This document shows, in pieces, positions 24,520 through 29,452 of a stretch of 29,452 nucleotides of DNA. The notes beneath the pieces were generated by a model. That model ran no database searches and was not told the DNA's origin. It was given only the letters and a program-made list of their open reading frames with translations. The DNA lies in IMG/VR virus record IMGVR_UViG_3300012667_000675, positions 1-29,452 of that record. One strand, written 5' to 3'. A program made the translations under genes and the position numbers. Numbering within the stretch: position 1 is the stretch's first letter; the number at the start of each line of letters is the position of its first letter. The stretch comes from a virus (taxonomy: Duplodnaviria; Caudoviricetes).

Positions 24520-24855
24520 TTAGGCGAGGTGCCAGCAGAGGATCGTGACCTTCGGAGACTTGGCGGTGCCGGCGTCGCGGTACTCGACGACCTGGTCGAA
24601 GAGGGCGCAGACATCGGCCTTGGCCTTCGCGGTGACGTACTTGTTGAAGTCGCCGGCGGTGGGCTCGCTCGCGAGGACGACGAGTTGGCCGCGGGCGTGG
24701 TCGATGCCGTAGAGGGCGTAAGAGCCGATGCCTTTGACGTAGCCGTCCTTGTCCTTGACGCTGGCGGCCTTGCGGAAGTCGAGGACGCGGTGCTTGAGGA
24801 GTTCGTTCATGGCCTTGTCGGAGACGAGTTCGGCCTTCTTGGTTTTGGTAGTCAT
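24520..24855 (-). CDS. Early hypothetical protein
   Basis: 111 aa from ATG 24855, with leader CTTTCCCACCCACC. Confidence 0.65.
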   Translation of the reverse strand: MTTKTKKAELVSDKAMNELLKHRVLDFRKAASVKDKDGYVKGIGSYALYGIDHARGQLVVLASEPTAGDFNKYVTAKAKADVCALFDQVVEYRDAGTAKSPKVTILCWHLA

Positions 24856-24871
24856 GGTGGGTGGGAAAGTC

Positions 24872-24973
24872 TTAGTGCTGGTCAATGATGGTCAGGAGGT
24901 CGGGGCCTTCGGCGAAGAAGACGATGACCGTGGCGATCAGCGCGGCGATAAGGATGAGTTTGATTAGGTTCAT
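24872..24973 (-). CDS. 33-aa single-TM peptide, first early gene
   Basis: MNLIKLILIAALIATVIVFFAEGPDLLTIIDQH, located downstream of the promoter, with a C-rich leader. Confidence 0.6.
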   Translation of the reverse strand: MNLIKLILIAALIATVIVFFAEGPDLLTIIDQH

Positions 24974-24994
24974 GGGTTTGGTGGAACGGAAAGC

Positions 24995-25023
24995 ACCTTG
25001 CCCGACTGTTCCGCATTCGTCAA
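24995..25023 (-). promoter_or_regulatory. Putative sigma70-type early promoter
   Basis: TTGACG-N17-CAAGGT at the head of the early operon. Confidence 0.6.
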
Positions 25024-25138
25024 GCACCTTTCCGCAAATACCCTGTGACCCCACTCAAGGGGTCAGGGCGCTACATATGATACGCCCTCAGGTCATCGAG
25101 GCCCGCCATATTAAACGTACCCCTATCTGACTGAGTTC

Positions 25139-25166
25139 AGTTTGCCCTTAGGGTCGCCTTCGTCAA
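25139..25166 (-). promoter_or_regulatory. Second putative sigma70-type promoter
   Basis: TTGACG-N16-CAAACT, with the same -35 and the same GGG before the -10 as 24995-25023. Confidence 0.5.
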
Positions 25167-25192
25167 GGGGCAATAGACCCCTCTGGCTTGCC

Positions 25193-25525
25193 CTAGGAGG
25201 CGTTTTGACGGCGGGAGCGTAAGAAGACCGCCATCCCTACCCCTAGGCACCCCACGGCCAAGGCCCAGCCAAGGTCGCGGACGGCTTTCAGCGCAAGGGT
25301 CGCAGCTGAGAGACCTTGCTCGACGCTGACGGAGTCCGACTTGATACCCGCGTCCGTCACGATCATGACCAGTGCGTCCCGAGATTGGAGGAGGTCGAGC
25401 ACCACGCCAGCGATGTAGGCGGACGCAAACGCCGACAGCCCCGCGAAGGCCGTCAGTAGGCAGACCGCCAAGACGAGGTTACTTCCCCCGTTTGGCTGCT
25501 GGCTTGTTGGCTTTGCCTTTCCCAT
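25193..25525 (-). CDS. Two-TM membrane protein at the end of the lysis cassette
   Basis: Two hydrophobic segments and a basic C-tail (RSRRQ). The start is uncertain, and it overlaps the holin. Confidence 0.6.
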   Translation of the reverse strand: MGKAKPTSQQPNGGSNLVLAVCLLTAFAGLSAFASAYIAGVVLDLLQSRDALVMIVTDAGIKSDSVSVEQGLSAATLALKAVRDLGWALAVGCLGVGMAVFLRSRRQNAS

Positions 25526-25865
25526 GGGGCTTTGACGGTTTGCCGACGACGGAGGCGACTTCCTTTTCTCCGCGGGCTTTCACATACTTTAGCAGGTAGT
25601 CCAGACACTCGGGGGCCGCGTAGCCTGCCGCACCGACGACGCCCATGCGAAGGCCCGGAGAGGCGATGTGTTCCTGGACTGCGTAGCCCACGATCGCGGC
25701 GGTGATTGCGGCGGCGGCCACACGACGAGCAACCCAAGGTAACGAGACGGGTTCCGTGCTGAGGAGAAGTCGTGCCGTCATCGCCAGGCCTCCAAGGATA
25801 GAGGCGACGAGGCCGTCCTTGACCTCCTTCGGGATGTCCTCGGGGTTGAAGGGTGCGGCGCTCAC
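25479..25865 (-). CDS. Putative holin (three TM segments)
   Basis: 128 aa with three hydrophobic segments, GAAGYAAP and a highly basic C-terminus. Confidence 0.7.
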   Translation of the reverse strand: MSAAPFNPEDIPKEVKDGLVASILGGLAMTARLLLSTEPVSLPWVARRVAAAAITAAIVGYAVQEHIASPGLRMGVVGAAGYAAPECLDYLLKYVKARGEKEVASVVGKPSKPHGKGKANKPAAKRGK

Positions 25866-26149
25866 GAGATGCGGGGAGGCTTGGCGTTAGGGGCGAGCAT
25901 CACGCGGCGGTAGTCCTGAGCCCAGAGCATCTTGGCGAGGGCTTTGCCGGCCTTGTCCACTTCGCCTTCGGAGAGGGCTGGGAAAAGCAGGTGGACCTGT
26001 TCGTGGCAAAGCACTTCGAGCTGACGCTTGGCGCCGAGGCGGGGGTCAATCTCGATGAGGTCTTCGCCGATGGTGGCCTGACCCCACGCACGCTCGCGGC
26101 CTAACTTGCGCCAGACGACCTTGACTTGCTTAGGCTTGCGGCGGGACAT
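25862..26149 (-). CDS. Minimal zincin-type HExxH metallopeptidase-like protein
   Basis: AWGQA..IEIDPRL..EVLCHEQVH..SEGEV. Confidence 0.65.
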   Translation of the reverse strand: MSRRKPKQVKVVWRKLGRERAWGQATIGEDLIEIDPRLGAKRQLEVLCHEQVHLLFPALSEGEVDKAGKALAKMLWAQDYRRVMLAPNAKPPRIS

Positions 26150-26921
26150 CGTGGTCGTGCGGAGATTGGGCGGGGTTAATTTCCGCAGATTTGCGGAGGT
26201 TCTTGTCGGACTCGTCGACCGAGTCTTTCACGCGATCCGCGAGCCACCAGAGGCCGAGGCCGCAGGAGATGACAATCGTCGCCCCGGCCGCATACTCAAA
26301 CCAGGGACTGTCGATGATGAAGGGGACGGAACCGCAGAAGGCTCCGCAGAGCAGAAGAGGGATGCCGATACGCGGCCCCATGAAGGCGGTCGTCAGCGCA
26401 CCGATCACGGCGAGGCCAGCACCGACGAGCGTCCAAACGTTATTACTGGCTTCCTGCTTAACACGGACGACCTCCTGCGTTAATTCCTCGATACGCTTAT
26501 CCCGGGCGAGGAGGGCGGCCTTGCTCGCGGCGACTTGGGCTTCGAGGTTAGTCCATGCTTGCTCGGCGGCCTTCTGCTTCTCGGCGGCCTTGGCTCGCTG
26601 TTTCTCGTAGTCGGCGGGGGTGGCTTTCTCCGATCGTTGGCGCGCGTAGGCGAGGTCTCCTTCGGTGGGCTTCGGCAGGAAGGACGAGGCCACGCTCAGT
26701 TCCTCTTCGACGACGGAGGGCTTCCCTGCGGTGTTCGCTTCCCGGGCGATGGTCACGGCGGCGGCCACGCGGGAGTCGATGACGTCGAGGGTCGAACCGA
26801 CGGCGGAGAGGTCGGGAGCCTTGGGGGCGGGGACGGCCTCGGGGAGTGCGTCGGGCTTCTTAGGGCCGAACAGGCTGCACCCGGTCAGGGCCAAGGCGGC
26901 GATGACCAGGAGCAGGCGCAC
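26130..26921 (-). CDS. Lipoprotein with coiled coil and C-terminal TM helices (candidate unimolecular spanin)
   Basis: Lipobox MRLLLVIAALALTG-C, a Pro-rich linker, a long helical region and three hydrophobic segments near the C-terminus. Confidence 0.6.
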   Translation of the reverse strand: MRLLLVIAALALTGCSLFGPKKPDALPEAVPAPKAPDLSAVGSTLDVIDSRVAAAVTIAREANTAGKPSVVEEELSVASSFLPKPTEGDLAYARQRSEKATPADYEKQRAKAAEKQKAAEQAWTNLEAQVAASKAALLARDKRIEELTQEVVRVKQEASNNVWTLVGAGLAVIGALTTAFMGPRIGIPLLLCGAFCGSVPFIIDSPWFEYAAGATIVISCGLGLWWLADRVKDSVDESDKNLRKSAEINPAQSPHDHDVPPQA

Positions 26922-26924
26922 GGC

Positions 26925-27056
26925 TTAGCGGTTTTTGAGAACGTCCAGCAGGGACTTGCCCTTCTCTTCGAGGGAAGCGGCCTTGGCGGCGTGCTTGCGG
27001 AAGACGAGGGCGCCGGCGACGAAGCCGACGAGGAGGGCGATGAGGTGGGTAATCAT
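26925..27056 (-). CDS. 43-aa N-terminal-TM peptide
   Basis: MITHLIALLVGFVAGALVFRKHAAKAASLEEKGKSLLDVLKNR, ATGA coupling. Confidence 0.65.
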   Translation of the reverse strand: MITHLIALLVGFVAGALVFRKHAAKAASLEEKGKSLLDVLKNR

Positions 27057-27292
27057 TTGAGGATGTCGGGTTTGAAGTCCTTGAGGGTGGCCACGTCGTC
27101 GGGCAGGGCGACCTTGGTGACGTCGCGGAGGGCCTGCTTCTGGGCGGCGATGCTGGCCTGCTCGGCGGTGTCCCCACGTTCGACGGCGCGCATGAAGGCG
27201 AGGTCGAGGGCGGCGAGTTTCGGCGCACGCTCGGCCCGGAGTTGGTCGAGCTTGATGGCCTTGGCTTTGTCGATGTTGATGCGGATGCTCAT
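27053..27292 (-). CDS. Tail fibre assembly/chaperone-like protein
   Basis: 79 aa with LRAERAPKLAALD..KQALRDVT, after the fibre. Confidence 0.6.
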   Translation of the reverse strand: MSIRINIDKAKAIKLDQLRAERAPKLAALDLAFMRAVERGDTAEQASIAAQKQALRDVTKVALPDDVATLKDFKPDILK

Positions 27293-27486
27293 TCGGCGGA
27301 GAACTCCCATGCGTTGCGGAAGGTGCGGTCGGTGGGGATGGTATCGGCCTCGACGATGCGGAAGGGGACGCCAGCGGGGACGTCCTTCGCGGCAATCTGC
27401 TCGGCGGTCAGGCCGCAGTCGGGAGCCGGGATGATGATGGCGACGCCGCCTTCGGGGGTCGGGTAGATGATGCGAGGGTTGTTCAT
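27289..27486 (-). CDS. Tail fibre-associated small protein
   Basis: 65 aa with GGVAIIIP..IAAKDVPAG..PTDRTFRNAW, ATGA-coupled to the fibre. Confidence 0.65.
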   Translation of the reverse strand: MNNPRIIYPTPEGGVAIIIPAPDCGLTAEQIAAKDVPAGVPFRIVEADTIPTDRTFRNAWEFSAE

Positions 27487-29452
27487 CGGATGAATACAGC
27501 GTGAATGTTCTGCGTATCGATTACTGTCGAGCCGTATGAGGATTTAAGCCTGAAAGCCGTAGTCGTCTGCGTGTAAGTTCCCCAACTCGCAATCTGGACG
27601 CCGATGCTGAATGCGGCAGCACCAGCAAAACCAGCAACGGCATAGTTTGCATCTGTAAGTGCGGTCGTGAAGTTCACGGTGTAGTCACCCGTTCCGTTGT
27701 CGGTGATGCTAGTCACGTTCATCGAAGCGCGGATGGCGACCGTGCCCGTGCCGTTGAAGTTCACCCAAGCCTTGACGTTGTTCGTCGGGATGGCGGCGGT
27801 GACGAAGGCGGTCGTCGCGATCTGCGTGGTGTTCGTGCCAGCCGTGGCGGTCGGTGCAGTGGGGGTTCCCGTCAGAGCAGGGGAGGCCAGCGGAGCCGCA
27901 CCCGACACATCCGCGACTGCCAGCGTGACCGCACCAGTCCGACCAGCGACCGAAGTCACAGGGGCGGACGTCAGGTATCCGGCAGGGTTGGAGGCCAGAG
28001 GATAATACAGGCCGTTGGCGACAGTCGTCGTCGAGTAGTCCGCAGCAGTTGCGGTCGCCATCGTGCCAAGGCCGGAGATGTCGTAGGTCGACAGCGTGAC
28101 GGCTCCCGTGCGACCAGCGACGGAGGTAACGGGGGCGGAGGTCAGGTAGCCCTGAGCCTTGACGAAGGCCGTAGTGGCGATGCTGGTGTCGTTGTCGCCA
28201 GTCGAGGGAGTCGGGGCGGTCGGGTTGCCAGTCAGGGCGGGAGAGGCCAGCGGGGCGTAGGTCGAGGCCGCCGAAGCCGTCGTCAGGTAGGACGACATTC
28301 CCGCGATCGTCTGGTAGGTCGACGCGGCGGTGCTCGTCGTCAGATACGAGCTCATTCCCGACAATGTCTGATAGGTCGAGGCAGCCGTGGACGTGCTCAA
28401 CTTGGCGTCGAGGGCGGACTGGAGGTCAGTCTGCGAGCTGAGCGTGCCGGTGATGCTACCCCAAGTCGCACCAGTCGAAGCGGAGACAGCCGCCGTAACG
28501 AAAGCCGTGGTGGCTAACTGCGTGGTGTTCGTGCCAGGGGAAGCAGTCGGGGCGGCAGGAACGCCGGTGAAGGTAGGGCTGGCGAGGTCGGCTTTGTTTG
28601 CGGCGCTGGCGATCGTGAAGTAAGTCGAGGCCGCCGTGGCCGTGGTCAGATACGGCGTAAGGGCGGACGAGGTGATGTATCCCTGCGAGGTGACGAAGGA
28701 CTCCGTGGCGTAGCCGGACAGGGCGGCGGAGGTGATGTAGCCAGCCGGGTTCGTCTGGAGGTAGTAGGTCGACGCGGCAGCTGAAGTCGTCAGGTAGTTG
28801 CTCGCCGTCTCGACCGCCATCGTGCCGAGGCCCAAGTTCGTGCGAGCCGTGCTGGCAGAGGCCAGTCCGCTTAGATTGTCCGCCTTGAGCAGGAAGCCAG
28901 AAGGGCCGGGGTAGGCCGTGGTCTGCTGGGTCGTGTCACCGAAGTTGATTACGCCAGTGCTACCAAGCGTGATAGATGACGAGCCATTTAGGGCGATGCT
29001 GGTCGAACTGACCTGCACCGAGTTTGAACTCATCGGAGCAGACCAAGTAAATGTGCCTAGGTCGGAAGCACCTGTCAGGGGTGTATAGGTGGCCGCTGCG
29101 TCAGCCGACGTAAGCAGCCCGAGCGTGCCGAAGGACTTGTTCTTCCAGAGGTCGGTCGAGGACTCGTAGGCCAGCAGGTCGTTGTTGGCCTTGCTGGCGA
29201 TCGCCACGTCATGAAGTTCGTCGAGCTCGTAACCGTTCTGCACGGCGACGAGGATAGTCCCGAGGGTCGGATGCGAGCGGATGACGATGCCGACGTAGAC
29301 GAGGTGCTGAGGGGCGGAAGGCTTGGTGGTCGTCCAAGTGCCGGCGGTCGTCGGGGACAGGTAGAGCTGCACCCCTTCGGTCAGGGCGGAGGTATCAATG
29401 TTCTCCAGTTCGCCGCGGACGATGACGAAGCCCGTGCCGTTGTTGGCGATGG
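27483..29452 (-). CDS. Tail fibre protein, C-terminal part with putative receptor-binding tip
   Basis: In frame with 1..1484 across the junction. T/S/A-rich repeats (APLASPALTGxPTAPT, PVTSVAGRTGAVTL). The C-terminus KAWVNFNGTGTVAIRASMNVTSITDNGTGDYTVNF is typical of phage fibre ends. Confidence 0.9.
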   Translation of the reverse strand, partial: IANNGTGFVIVRGELENIDTSALTEGVQLYLSPTTAGTWTTTKPSAPQHLVYVGIVIRSHPTLGTILVAVQNGYELDELHDVAIASKANNDLLAYESSTDLWKNKSFGTLGLLTSADAAATYTPLTGASDLGTFTWSAPMSSNSVQVSSTSIALNGSSSITLGSTGVINFGDTTQQTTAYPGPSGFLLKADNLSGLASASTARTNLGLGTMAVETASNYLTTSAAASTYYLQTNPAGYITSAALSGYATESFVTSQGYITSSALTPYLTTATAASTYFTIASAANKADLASPTFTGVPAAPTASPGTNTTQLATTAFVTAAVSASTGATWGSITGTLSSQTDLQSALDAKLSTSTAASTYQTLSGMSSYLTTSTAASTYQTIAGMSSYLTTASAASTYAPLASPALTGNPTAPTPSTGDNDTSIATTAFVKAQGYLTSAPVTSVAGRTGAVTLSTYDISGLGTMATATAADYSTTTVANGLYYPLASNPAGYLTSAPVTSVAGRTGAVTLAVADVSGAAPLASPALTGTPTAPTATAGTNTTQIATTAFVTAAIPTNNVKAWVNFNGTGTVAIRASMNVTSITDNGTGDYTVNFTTALTDANYAVAGFAGAAAFSIGVQIASWGTYTQTTTAFRLKSSYGSTVIDTQNIHAVFIR
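29398..29452. repeat. Second copy of the 55-bp terminal overlap
   Basis: Identical to 1-55. Confidence 0.97.

Noticed and set aside
25030-25135. tRNA or tmRNA in the control region
   Set aside because: There is no cloverleaf, T-loop or CCA end, and it is too short for tmRNA.
27483-29397. Diversity-generating retroelement or CRISPR array in the fibre repeats
   Set aside because: No reverse transcriptase or cas gene is present. The repeats are conserved at the protein level with synonymous divergence, not adenine-specific changes or a repeat-spacer structure.
1-29452. Stop-codon reassignment
   Set aside because: Genes tile the genome densely and appear full-length under the standard code.

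Overview
The window is a complete, circularly assembled genome of a small, GC-rich tailed dsDNA phage (Caudoviricetes, siphovirus-like). Positions 1-55 equal 29398-29452, so the unit length is 29,397 bp. Every credible gene is on the minus strand. In transcription order, starting at the control region near 25.0-25.2 kb, the genes are: early HTH and hypothetical genes; a secreted lytic transglycosylase; a RuvC-like resolvase; ERF; a RecE-like exonuclease; an SSB-like protein; dNMP kinase; a metallophosphoesterase; a DnaB-N/AAA_25 helicase; a candidate origin; a candidate late activator; a candidate cos site; a lambda-type head module (TerS, GpA-type TerL, gpW-like, portal, S49 protease, scaffold, MCP); neck proteins and a very short tail module; a 1132-aa tail fibre spanning the contig junction (partly missed by the ORF track); and an atypical lysis cassette. 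No integrase, DNA polymerase, primase, tRNA or CRISPR array was recognised. The most notable observations are: (1) a TTCCAA-N5-GCAA motif 6-12 nt upstream of six structural genes; (2) G-free, C-rich non-Shine-Dalgarno leaders, including an exact 15-nt repeat; (3) a strand-specific, G.U-rich 25-bp hairpin with a candidate promoter and U-tract after terL; (4) a lipoprotein/coiled-coil/multi-TM candidate unimolecular spanin in a lysis cassette that lacks a canonical endolysin. A Verrucomicrobiota host is a hypothesis only. All protein calls come from motif recognition and synteny by eye, with no database searches.
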